Assembly (NCBI RefSeq): GCF_006345805.1
Contig: NC_042998.1
Span: 61,566,001-61,630,000, forward strand
Length of the DNA stretch: 64,000 nt
Direction: 5' to 3'
From: Octopus sinensis
Lineage: Eukaryota
Each line of letters opens with the position of its first letter. The first letter of the stretch is position 1. Made by a program: the position numbers and the translations under genes. This document shows, one piece after another, positions 50,367 through 62,992 of this stretch. The notes beneath the pieces are model-generated. The model was not told the origin of the DNA. It searched no databases and was given only the letters and a program-made list of their open reading frames with translations.

Positions 50367-50777
50367 ATGTTAAAGAGATTAGTCAGTGCTGACTAATATC
50401 ATACTTCAATGTTGATGGGAAGGTTTATATAGTGTGTTTGAAAGGTTAAACAATAAAAGCACAATTCACAAATTATGTAAACTTCTTTCTAAAAGGTTTG
50501 CGGAATTCTGCAATGGGAAATTGACCCCTAGATATTAGCTAACTCTAACCAGATGACATCAACATATCCCTTGTTCTTTTTACACCATTGAATGGACTGC
50601 TAAACCCTCAGTACAAGCTCAATGCTTCCTAAAATTTCAAGAACCCCAGTTTTTTATATAGATGTATCAACAAACCTGTTCTTCACAATAATATCTTTCA
50701 TCCTTCATTCTAATTCAAAACCTTCCCACCAATGTTGAAGTGTTGCATTAGTTGGTACTGACTAATCTCTTTAACAT
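50367..50777. mobile_element. Fold-back element, possibly a Penelope RT relic
   Basis: About 60-bp inverted arms (atgttaaagagattagtcagt...gggaaggttt / aaaccttccc...ctaatctctttaacat); the arm encodes YFNVDGKVY, resembling a PLE RT motif. Confidence 0.5.
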
Positions 50778-52204
50778 CCTTCTCAGGAATCCTTGTCATC
50801 ATCGTCATCATCATCATCATCACCACCATCGTTTAAAATTCATGTTCCATGCTGGTTGAATGGTTTGATAGGCTCTGATGGTTCCAAGGACTACATCATG
50901 CTCCACTGTCTACTTTAGCCTAGTTTCAATGGCCAGATACCCTTCTTAACACAAACCACAAGACAACTTGTATTGGGTACTTTGTTTTTTCATGCCACCA
51001 GCACTAGTGAGGTTGCCAGGCAGTTTGCACCACTAAGAAACCTATGAGTGGTAGAGCTTTATGCATGGATCTGAGGGGTTAAAGTATGAGAGAAGAGCCC
51101 AGGGTAGAAAAGCTTCCTTGCTGCAGAAGAACTGCATGGTATGATCTGGGAAGAGATAAAAATAGTGGTGAGGTGCAGGAGTGGGTGTGTGGTAAGTAGC
51201 TTGCTTACCAACCACATGGTTCCGAGTTCAGTCCCACTGTGTGGCACCTTGGGAAAGTGTCTTCTACTATAGCCTCAGGGCAACCAATGCCTTGTGAGTG
51301 GATTTAGTAGAAGGAAACTGAAAGAAGCCCATTGTATATATGTATATATGTGTATATGTATGTGTGTGTATATGTTTGTGTGTCTTTGTTTGTCACCCCC
51401 CCACCCACCATTGCTTGACAACCGATGCTGGTATGTTTACGTCCACGTAACTTAGTGGTTCGGCAAATGAGACCGATAGAAGAAGTACTAGGCTTACAAA
51501 GAATAAGTTCTGGGTCGATTTGTTCGACTAAAGGCAGTGCTCCAGCATGGCTGCAGCCAAATGAATGAAACAAGTAAAAGAGGAGATGTCTGGGTAAACC
51601 ATTTAAAAAGAAATTTTTAAAAAACAATGAAGAAATATAAAAAAAAATTACTTTATCGAAATAATATTTTCTGTTACAAATATTTAATTTCAACTGTATT
51701 TTTTTTTACAGTAAGAGAGTTGGTTTTTCTTTTTTGTTTAAATTTTTCAAATTGATTTTGTAGATGTAATAAAATGAAAATGCTTTGCTCTCATTTGTGA
51801 TTCCTCCACCATTTTCTTACATTTCCTGCAAATGGATAAACAAAATTTCATAAATTTTAATATAACGAATATGTGTCTATGTATGTAACTATCAAAATAA
51901 ACAAACTTAAAAGGTAAGGTGCATTTAAAACAGCAAAAACAGGTATCAAAATCACACAGTCATTAGTGAAAGGCCAAGGAATTATTATTATTATTATCAA
52001 TATTCTTTTATTCTTTTACCAGTCCTCTGTATCTATCTTGGTATTCACATCCTTTGCAAACTGATCGTACATTTTCTTTTCTTTCCATGCTTTTTCTTCC
52101 TTTTTTTTGTTCACTTATTGTTTAAATTTTTCTTTTATTATTAATATCATTATTATTATTATTATTATTATTTTATTATTATTATTATTATTATTGTTGT
52201 TGTT

Positions 52205-52911
52205 GTTGTTATTTTCTTTCTTCTTTCTTCAAATTTTCTTCCATTTCTCGCCGAGTGTTTTCCGTACAAATAGGGCAGAGAAGCTCATTGTATGCATTCC
52301 CAGATTATACATGCAAATTCACAGGTAAAATATGTAATTAAAAAAATTCATAAATAAATAAATTCATGAATGCTCTTCTCAGTACATGAGTTGTTCCAGT
52401 TAACACAATTTTTTGCACTTCCTGTAGGGATAGTAAGCCTGGTATCATTTTCAAATAGGTTTCAGTACCTTTTTTTATCATTCCTAGAGATCCTACAATC
52501 ACTGCTTCTGTAGTTGCCTTGAGATGCCACATTTTTTCAATTTCTATTAGCAAGTCTTTATATTTACTGATCTTGTCAAATTTTTTTTGCTGCTATATTG
52601 TGATTGCAAGGAATACTCATGTCAATTAATAAACACACCTTTTTTGTCTGATCTTTTATAATATATGGTTTATTGGCTTTTATAGCTTTGTCGGTATGTA
52701 TAGGCAAACCCCAGAGAATTGACACATTTTCTCCCTCAGTTACAGCTTCAGGATGGTGTTTATACCATTTGTCAGCAATTTTGATTTTATAATGCCAACA
52801 TATTGTATAGTGTAAATACTGGCCAACTCTATCATGTATTGCTTTATATTCTACAGGTGCTAAGACTCTACAATCTGAGATTAGGTGATCCATAATTTCA
52901 ATCTTATTATT

Positions 52912-52943
<32 letters not shown>

Positions 52944-53222
52944 TATCATTATTCAGTAGTCTTATTTTTATAACGTGCTTTCACTTCATTACTGAACACA
53001 GCTCTGTGTGCCTTGGGTATGTGCTGTAGTTTGCTGTGATGCTCTTATTGTTACTGTATTGAAAGTGTTTTATGTAGGATGTGTGCAGTGCCTAGTAGTG
53101 CTATTTTCTGTATGTTATATTTGTTAGTCCTGGTGTTTTTATTATGTATTTGTCTGAATATTTTTAATGCACCTACTACAATAGAAATTGTTTGTTTTTA
53201 GACTCCACATATATTATTATTA

Positions 53223-53301
<79 letters not shown>

Positions 53302-54542
53302 CATCATCATCATTGCACACTTATCAAGTCTAAATTACATCCTGATGTCATCACTTAACTGTTTAACAATTGCTATTAAGCCCTGTAGTTGTTGGCCATT
53401 TTTTGTAAAGAGCTTTAATCATCCATGTAAAAGAGATGATTTATATTTTTATGAAACATTTTATAGCTATATTGTACATCATTGAGCAATTTCAAAAGTG
53501 TTAGTAAGGCTAGACAAAATAGGATTGGTGATAGAGAGCCACCCTGGAAAAGGCCACATGAAATTCTTACATCACCAGCATTAAGAGATTCATTGTCAGT
53601 GTTCAAAGTCAGTGTGGTTCTCCATGATCCCATACCTACGAATAACAGGTTTCACAGAGTAGGTGCTATTTTATAAATTCCCAAAAACATTTTATAATTG
53701 TCAATGTGATAGACAATCAAAAGCTTTTTTATAGTCTGATGAGGCTATCGACAAGTTCTTGTGTTCTTTGTAACAATCTTCCAAGATCATCTTATTGATG
53801 AGTAACTGATCATTACAATTATAGGACCCATGTTTACATCCTTTTTGCTCATTGGGAAAGATGCCACTTTCTATTAAAAAACTATAGGTGTATTCAATCA
53901 AGATGAATGTTAGTATTTTATACATTGTTGTTAAGCAGGTTATGGGTCTATAATTTCATGGTTCATTTGTTTCTTCATTTTTGGAAGTAGAAATGCAACA
54001 CCATTAACTAGCCAAGAGGGAATCATACTAGGTTGTTGCAAAACATTGTTGTAAAGTTTTGTTAGCAGTTCATGACTCTCTGGGAAGGCATTCAACCAGA
54101 AGTTAGGAATTTTATCCTTTCTTGGAGACCCTCATTTGCTTGGCTTCCTGAGAGCAGATCTTATATCTTCTACCTTGACACCCTCCCACTTTTGCTCTTC
54201 TAAGGAGTCGATAGATATTCTATCAATCCAAGGGGCCTTTTTGTTGTGCGTTTTTTCTTCTGCCCAAATTTTATTCCAAAATCCCTGCACTTCTTCTTTT
54301 GATGGGACAGACTTTACAGTAACTGGTGATTTCCCTATCTTCCTGTAAAACTTTTTGCGGTTATTTTTTAACATGTTGTTGTCCTTGAAGAACCGAGTAA
54401 GCTTTTCATACCGTACTATGCAGGCAGCTTTAGCAGATACCTTTTGCTTGATAATTTGTTATTATCGTCATCATTATTATTATTATTATCATTTTCATTT
54501 GCCTCTTCTTTCAATTGTTTCCATTTATTATTATTATTATTA

Positions 54543-54575
<33 letters not shown>

Positions 54576-54895
54576 GTTATGTTTGACTTTTGCTTTGCAT
54601 TTGTACAAGTTGGCTCCAAGTCTCACCCAGAGACCTCAAGAGACAACAAGTTAGAAGTTCATGCTGGTGTTATGCCTAGGGTGCCATATATTTGGTTTTG
54701 TACATAGTGTTGTTCTAGAGAATATTCAAGAAACCATAAGAAAATTATGTGTTTGTTTTAAAATTTGAGATTACATAGACAGTTTTTATGTAGGATTTGA
54801 GCAGTTCCCATGAGCACTATCTTTTGAATTTCTGCCATTTTGGGGTCTTTTGGTATCTGAGCTATGTAGCAATCCTCCACTTTTGCTATCATGGA
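52205..54895 (-). mobile_element. Cluster of Dong/R4 LINE fragments separated by (TTA)n/(TCA)n
   Basis: EIEKMWHLK, HLISDC..HDRV..NKPYI, CGLFQGGSLSP, HLFYMDD, EQKGCKHGS, NNRKKFYR; several independent 3' ends. Confidence 0.85.
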
Positions 54896-55644
54896 AATAA
54901 TAACAATCAAGGATTAATATTGTTTTACAATTATTTCTTCTTTAGATTTTTACAAATACTCTCTGCCTAAAAGTGTTTTGCTTTCTTGCTTGTTTGAGTT
55001 CTCAACTATTTGTAGAGTTGTGGGGTGCAGCTATAATATACGAGGGAGGTACTAAAAAGTTCCTCATTTTGGGCAAAAGAAAACACAGGAAGATCAGTTA
55101 ATTATGATTTTATTCAACATATCCCTCACTTGGGTTCACACACTTATTTTAGCTGTCCTTCAGTTTTTCTAAGCCCTGTGAAAGAAATCGGAAGGCTGGG
55201 CCTCAAATCAGGCTTTTAGCAATACCCTGAAAGCCAGGAACTTTTCAGCATCCCCTCGTAGTGTCCAGCAGTGTCCCCCACCTGCCATACCTGTATGCTT
55301 GAACTCAAAGTTCCACTATATATTTGGTTCTTTCTGTTTTCTTCACTACATTTCAATTCCTGGTCTGAATGTCTTCAAGACACATTTTCTTTTTTATCTT
55401 TTACTTGTTATAGTCATTGGACAACAGCTATGAGGGGTTTAGTCAAACAAATCGGTCCCAGTGCTTTTTAAGTCAGATATTCATTCTATCAGTCTCTTTT
55501 GCTAAACTGCTAAGTTACAGGATGTAAACATGCCAACACCAGTTATCAAGTAGTAGTGTGAAACAAAAACAAACATAAAACACACACACATATTTATATG
55601 CATGTGCATGTGTGTATGTATGAAAATATGTATGTTTATATGTG

Positions 55645-55691
<47 letters not shown>

Positions 55692-55747
55692 TATTTAATG
55701 TAGGATAAATTTTTTTTTTCTAAAAAAATACCTTTAAAGGTTAAAAT

Positions 55748-56140
55748 TATAAACAACTTATAAATAAGGGCAAATGAAAAAATTTCTAATGCCAAATATG
55801 CTGAAATTAGACACCCTGTCCATAACCATATAATTTTTCACAATATGCACGCTACTCAAAAAAGGGTTGACAGAAATCTCTAAAAAATTCCATTATTACC
55901 ATATCGGACCGATTTCAGGGTTAGTTTGTAAGGACCCTCCCTTCATCAGTGATAAAGGGAGGGTTCTTATGAACTAACCCTGAATATGGTAATAATGGGA
56001 TTTTTTAGAGATTTCCGTCGACCTTTTTTTGAGTAGCGTGCGTATTGTGAAAAATTATATGCTTATGGACAGGGTGTCTAATTTCAGCATATTTGGCAAT
56101 AGAAATTTTTTCATTTGCCCTTATTTATAAGTTGTTTATA
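55748..56140. mobile_element. About 390-bp near-perfect palindrome with a central hammerhead
   Basis: Arms ataaacaacttataaataagggc...ccctccct and agggaggg...gcccttatttataagttgtttata. Confidence 0.9.
55902..55954 (-). ncRNA. Type-I hammerhead ribozyme, GUC site
   Basis: Minus strand tatca-CTGATGA-aggg...ccct-GAAA-tcgGTC-cgata; core intact, first stem I pair mismatched. Confidence 0.7.
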
Positions 56141-56394
56141 TATATATGTATAAAGGCGGTGAACTGGTAGAAACGTTAGCACGCCGGGCGAAATTTGTAG
56201 CCGTATTTCGTCTGTCGTTGCGTTCCGAGTTCAAATTCCGCCGAGGTCGACTTTGCCTTTCATCCTTTCGGGGTCGATAAATTAAGTACCAGTTACGCAC
56301 TGGGGTCGATGTAATCGACTTAATCCCTTTGTCTGTCCTTGTTTGTCCCCTCTGTGTTTAGCCCCTTGTGGGTAGTAGAGAAATATATATATGT

Positions 56395-56723
56395 ATATAT
56401 GGAAAAAATGTCAAGGTAGAAAATGCTAAAAAAATTTTATAAAAAACATTTCAGTACTGGTTTCTCTTGTTTACTCTTGTGGGTTTGAGGTCGAACCCAC
56501 AAGAGTAAACAAGAGAGACAGAGACAGGCAGAAACAAGGAAAATGCCCCTTGTATTTGAATACTAGGCAAATATTCTTTTAAAAATATTTTCTTTTAACT
56601 TTTCCAAAATTTAATTGTTTTCCATGCTTACAGTTGAAAAAGTCTCAATGACTGAAACTGGTAATGAAATGTTTTTATAGAATTATTTTAGCATTTTCTA
56701 CCTTGACTTTTTTATCCATATAT
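56395..56723. mobile_element. Fold-back element with about 70-bp TIR-like arms, internal 23-bp perfect hairpin and degenerate hammerhead
   Basis: Arms 56395-56464 and 56654-56723; hairpin 56463-56516; cag-tTGAAaA-agtc(tcaat)gact-GAAA-ctgGTA at 56631-56663. Confidence 0.75.
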
Positions 56724-57239
56724 AGCAACTCATGTGTTCCTTTTCATCCTTCTACATATATATATACTCTTTACTCTTTTATTTGTTTCAGTCATTTGAC
56801 TACGACCATGCTGGAGCACTACCTTTAGTCAAGCAAATCAACCCCAGGATTTATTCTTTGTAAGCCTAGTACTTATACTATCAGTCTCTTTGCCGAACCA
56901 CTAAGTTACAGGGACACAAACACACCAGCACCAGTTGTCAAGCAATGTTGGGAGGACAAACACAGACACACAAACACACACACACACATATATATATACA
57001 TATATATATATACAACGGGCTTCTTTCAGTTTCTGTCTACCAAATCCACTCACAAGGCTTTGGTCAACCCGAGGCTATAGTAGAAGACACTTGCCCAAGG
57101 TGCCATGAAGTGGGACTGAACCTGGAATCATGTGGCTGGTAAGCAAGCTACTTACCACAAAGCCACTCCTTTAAATTATTTAAATTATTTCAGCTTTAAA
57201 GCTGTGGTCTTGCTGGGGTACCACCGTTGACTGTGCTAC

Positions 57240-57660
57240 AACATTATCTGAAACCTTCTCCGATATGTGGTATTTGATGAATGAGGGAGTTTGGTGCTGC
57301 TGCCCTCATCTGTATTTCCTGCCGTGAGGTAGGGCCATCTGAAACCCTTGACAGGAGGAGATCCAGTCTTGTTTTGAAGACACCTACATCCACACCATGC
57401 AGGTCTCTCCAGCATTTTGGAAGTATATTGAAGAGCTGTGGGCCCCTGGAATCCATGCTGTTGAAGTATCTGGTCCTGTATTTTGATGGCCATGCGGGGA
57501 TATTTGGTACTATGCAGTGGTGCCCTGTTCTGCTGTTTGTGTAACTTTCAATGCCAAAGTTTGGTGCAAGGCCTTCCAGGATTTTCCAGATGTATATCAC
57601 AGCATATCTTTCTTGCCCTCATTCTAGGGAAAAGAATCTAAACTCTTTCAGTCTTTCCTA
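57240..57660 (-). mobile_element. CR1/L2-group LINE 3' fragment
   Basis: IYIWKILEGLAPN...RGPQLFNILPK...FKTRLDLLL C-terminal ORF2 signature. Confidence 0.75.
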
Positions 57661-58705
57661 TAGATATAGATATATACATACACACACACACAAACATACA
57701 CACACACACACATATATATATATTTATACATACATACATACATACATACATACAAATGATGGGATTCCACACAGTTTCTGCCTATAGAATTTACTCACAA
57801 GTCTTTGGTCAGGCTGAGGCTATAGTAGTAGGCACTTGCCCAAGGTGGAGCACAGTGGGGACTGAACCTGAAAACACAGCTTATAAAGTGAACTTTTTAA
57901 CCCCAGAACCATACCTAACAAAGAGAGTATTACGAACCTTCCTGCATTCTGACAACCACAGAGTAACGATGAAGAATTTGTGCATCCGTGACAAGAACAT
58001 TCCTCTCTTAGCCTCTTCAACATAGCCAAGGTCAACTTTGCCTTCCTTTTGAGATGGATAAAGTATCAGCATTTGACAGATACTTTATCAGTTCCAAGGA
58101 GATTACAGCCAAAATTGGCCTGGGAGAGGGAATTTGAAGTAAGAAAGAATAGATTCAGTACAACTACAACAAGGCATTTTATGCTATGCTCTAATATTTT
58201 CACTTGTTTCTTTTTATGTCCAGTTTTCAACTCTAGTATGGATTAAATAAGTGGTTTTCAACCGGGGTCCACATGACCCTTGTTAGTTCATATAAAATTT
58301 TGTTCTTAAAATTTATGTGCAGAAAATTGACCATACTTCTATTATACACAAAATGATTTAACAATGTTTTTTATGCAGTTCCTCATAATATTTGATTATG
58401 GAAATACAAGAGGATCTTTTTTAAAACACCAAATGGTTATGGGGTCCAATAGAATAAAACAAAAAACAAAGGGTTTCATAAATAAAAAAATAATTTAGAT
58501 GAATATACTGCTGAAGCATTGTTTTACAGCCAGATGCTTTTCTTGTCACTGACCCTTACTACTTTCCAAATAAGGGGTCATCGATTCCACAAATCTTTGA
58601 ATGTGAAAAGCCAGTGAATGATTTGTTGACAGGGGAAATGAAAACAACCTATAGCTCAGGGACTTTCAAAGACACCCAAATGTTAACAAATGCACAGACA
58701 TGCAC

Positions 58706-58736
<31 letters not shown>

Positions 58737-59115
58737 AACACACACACACACAAGTGTGTACACATGTATACATGTGCATACAGATGCACATGCACGTGTC
58801 ACACACCAGGCTTCTTTCAATTCCCATCTACCAAAGCCACTCACAAGGCTTTGGTCAGCCTAAGACCATAACAGAAACCCTACCAGACAAGATACTTGAC
58901 CACTGTGGGACTGAACCCAAAGCTATGTGGTTAGCAAGTTAATTGCTTAACCACCAAGCCATACTTGTGCTCCTTGTGACTCAGCCTTAGTATTACAAAT
59001 GATAAGTGCACTTACTGTCAAATACTCCAGTGTTTCTGAAATTTGGTCTTCTTTCTGTAACATAAAACAAAGAATCATGTGTTTTATCTTTCATTAGATG
59101 CATATAAATCCCTGC

Positions 59116-59597
59116 ACAAATAAACAGCACTCCTACACTTGAATTTCACCCTTACACTTAAATAGCACTGCTACACTTAAATGGCACCCCTACACATAAA
59201 TAGCACCCCTACACTTAAATAGCACCCCAACACTTAAATAACACCCTACACGTAAATAGTATCCTTACACTTAAATAGCACCCCTACACTTAAATAGCAC
59301 CCCTACACTTAAATAACACCCTACACTTAAATAGTACCCTTACACTTAAATAGTACTGCTACATATAAATGGCACACCTACACTTAAATAGCACTGATAC
59401 ACTTAAATAGAACTACTACACTTAAATAGCATTGTTACACTTAAATGGCACTCCAACACTTAAATAGCACCCCTACACTTAAATAAAACTCCTACACTTA
59501 AGTGACATGCTTGCATTTAAATAGCACCCTTACACTTAAGTAGCACTACTACACTTAAACAACACTTCTAAGCTTAAACAACACTGATACATTTAAG
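59116..59597. repeat. 19-bp minisatellite, about 25 copies (TACACTTAAATAGCACCCC)
   Basis: Direct reading; ends degenerate. Confidence 0.95.
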
Positions 59598-60162
59598 CAA
59601 GAGTCCTAGAGGCAATTCTCCTAAACCCTAAAGACAACAGTGATATCAACAGACCAGGAAAACTTTCCATATCAAGCTGCATCTTCTCTGTATTGAGAGG
59701 TCACAACCCTGGTACTATGGACTCGAAAGTCACAAGAAAGAATTACAAGATGGATTCTTCAAATTGAGTCAACTGGCAGGAGACCTAGGGGTATATGGAT
59801 ATAGATATGTATATACATATATGTATACATGTATCAAGATATATATATGGATGTATGCATCTCCCCCCACACAGAGTTAGGGGTCTTGTCATTCAAGTAA
59901 CTTAGTGACCTCACTAGTGCTGGGACCATGAAAAGCACTCAGTATAGACTCTGAAAAGTGGTTGGCATGAGGAAAGGCATCTGGCCATGGGAACTATGCC
60001 CAAGCAAACATAGACCATGGTGTTGTCCTTCAGATTCTGTCAACCCATCTAGGCATTAAATGATGATGGTTATACAGTTCTCTATTTGAGAGATGAGGAA
60101 TTATGTACATTATTTATATTATTTACATTTGATGGATATTTGTCCTTATCTTGTTTGCTTTT

Positions 60163-60208
60163 AACAAACTGTTTCAGATGATGTACTCTCTAGCTTTCAT
60201 CAGGTATC
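60163..60208 (-). ncRNA. Degenerate hammerhead motif in an interspersed repeat
   Basis: gatac-CTGATGA-aagctag...catct-GAAAC-agtttgtt; core present, stems decayed. Confidence 0.45.
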
Positions 60209-60255
60209 CTGAGGGAATTTTGAACCTGGGTTCTCATTCCAAAGGTATTTTCCGA

Positions 60256-60301
<46 letters not shown>

Positions 60302-60327
60302 CAGGTCACTGCCTGGAATCAAACTCA

Positions 60328-61000
60328 GAAGGGTCCTCCAAAATGAACATTTCAGAGTGTTTGGTAGTCAATCTGAGGACACGTACTGAGGGCAATAAAA
60401 ATCAAACATCCAGTCAACATCATGGTGTTTGCAGTGGTCACCAGTGATGGTGACATTGTGCTTCCATTCATCTTCCCACATGGCTTCAGCCTCAACATGA
60501 AGGCCTACATCAAGTGCCTGTAGGAGGTAGTGCTGCCCTGAATCAAGAGGGTGGTTGCTGGAAGATCCTGTGTCTGGCAACAAGATTCTGCACCATGCCA
60601 CACAAGCAGGAGAATCCAGTCATGACTGTCAGACAATTTCTGCAACCACATCACTCCTAACATCTGGCCACCTAACTCCCCAGACTTCAACCACCTTGAT
60701 TAATTTGTGTGGGCAGGAGTTGAGTGAGAGACCAACAAAACTCCTTGTAACACCAAAGATGAATACAAAGCAAGGATTATGGCAGCATTCATCAACTTAA
60801 ACAAGGACACCGTTCAGAAGAGTTGCAGGAGATTCCAAAATCGTCTGGAGGCCATGGTTGAAGACAATGGCGATTTTATTGAATAAATTTACTTTCCAGA
60901 TATTTTTATGTAATTTTGGTAAATATATCTGTTAAAATGAGATGTCAGTGTTATTTTCATTTTAGTGTAATTTAAATGACAATTTATTCACCATACCCTG

Positions 61001-61001
<1 letters not shown>
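60328..61001 (+). mobile_element. Tc1/mariner-superfamily relic, sister of 37157-38036
   Basis: WQQDSAPCH, WPPNSPDFN; terminal ...cataccctgta. Confidence 0.8.
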
Positions 61002-61053
<52 letters not shown>

Positions 61054-61070
61054 ATATACATATATATATA

Positions 61071-61114
<44 letters not shown>

Positions 61115-61903
61115 ACATATATACACACACACACAGAGACACACGCATACATAAGTGTGTGTGTGTATGTGTGTGTTTAAGAGCAGAATAAAATAGAAAA
61201 TTGAGTTAGTCTTTTTATTATAGCTTCATAAATTACATAATCTTTACACATATTTCACTAACAAATAATAGTATGTTGTGTGGTAATCATTGAGTAAATG
61301 ATTGTAGAATCCCATGGAAACATCAGATCTTCAGAAGAAAATTGTAACTTAATCTGTTGTCTTTACCAATTTCAGTTGGGTGACAGTGTGACATATGAAC
61401 TGCATTTAAACTTAGGGGAACATTCTATGTATAGCAATGAAGACAAGAAGGTTATTATTTATATTTTTTTCACTGAAATAAAGATAGAAAGAAAGAAGAG
61501 GAATAACTGTAGACAGGATATCCATGAATAGATATGCCCATCTAGGATTACATACATTCCATATATGCTTCAGTTGGATGAAATGAATTGAGTCAGATTT
61601 TTTACAAATGAATAGTCTTTCTGTTGCTAACCCCCACCTGTTTTGAAGAAAGTTAAAATTTTCCCTACTCCCCTGAACACATCAAACTGTCTTGTTCTGC
61701 TTTGATGCAGCAGCCTGCCTGGGACCCCAAAGGGAAATTAAAATCCATACAAGATCCATATGTTCAAGACACTTAACCACTTTATTCTCCTGTATAATAG
61801 TAAAATGTTATTTCTATAGACTGAAGATCTGTTACTTAATAACTGGCAAACAGGGTTACAGGAATATTGCATATATATAGTGTGGGTGTGCGTGATCTCC
61901 AAG

Positions 61904-62992
61904 TATTGGGTCATCCCAAAAATAATATGGTTTTTCTCAATTGCATGAACTAAAAGTCAAAGGGGGATAGGATAAAGTACCTGCATCAACTTGCAATAAA
62001 AACAGGTAGTAATTTTATCTTGTACTTATTCTTAGTTTTCAAGTTTTGAAGAGTGCAGTTCGATTTTAAGTTATTTTTTCAAAGCTATAATGAAAGTGAC
62101 ATTCGGCATATTTTGCTTTATGAGCTCAATAAAAGCAACAACGCAACGGAAAGTGTGAGGAATATTAATGCAGTGTATAGGGATTGGGCATTAAACATAA
62201 GTGAGTGTCAACAGTGGCTCCAGAAATTCCTAGCTGGAAATTTCAGCCTAGAAGATGAACCTCGTCCTGGAAGACCTGTAGAGATTGATGAGGATATCCT
62301 GCAAACCCTGATGGAACAAAATCTCATCATAACTTCTGAGGAACTAGCAGAGAAGCTTGGATTTGGTCGTTCAACAATTCGTTGATACCTGTGTACCATC
62401 AGAAAAGTCAGTAAATTGGGTCAATGGGTTCCTCACAAACTTTTCGAGTCTAATCACATGCAGAGATTGAATGTGTGCTCTTCATTGCTGTTCCATCTCA
62501 TGAATAACCCTTTTTTGGATTGAATAGTGACTGTTGACAAGAAATGAGTTCTCTATAAAAATGTCAAGTGCCGAATACAGTGGGTAGGACAAGAAGAAAC
62601 ACTGCACTCCGGGCTAAAGGTCTTCACACACGAAAGGTGTTGTTATCTGTTTGGCGGGATATGAAAGGTTTACTCCACTTTGAACTTTTAAACCCAAACC
62701 AAGCAATAACAAAATAGATCTACTGCAAACAGTTTGAGTGGCTTAAGTCAGTGCTAGAAGAAAAACAACCATCTTTGGTTTCAAGAATTCTGTAGACAAG
62801 GAATATTTTTTGTCACAGAGAAGTGAATTTTGGAAGAAGGGCCTAGCAAGTCTACCAGATAGATGGAAGAGCATTGTAGAAAATGAAGGATAGTATATTT
62901 TAGATTTGAAAAAAAAAAGAACTTTGTTTATCGTAATTTTGAAAAATAAAAGAAGTATAAGAAAGCTGCATTATTTATGGGATGACTGTATA
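61904..62992 (+). mobile_element. Mariner element with decayed transposase
   Basis: TIRs gggtcatcccaaaaataat / attatttatgggatgact; IRHILLYE..SLEDEPRPGRP..WVPHKL..IVTVDKK; stops and an internal deletion. Confidence 0.9.

Noticed and set aside
59116-59597. CRISPR-like array
   Set aside because: No unique spacers, period only 19 bp, eukaryotic context and no cas genes
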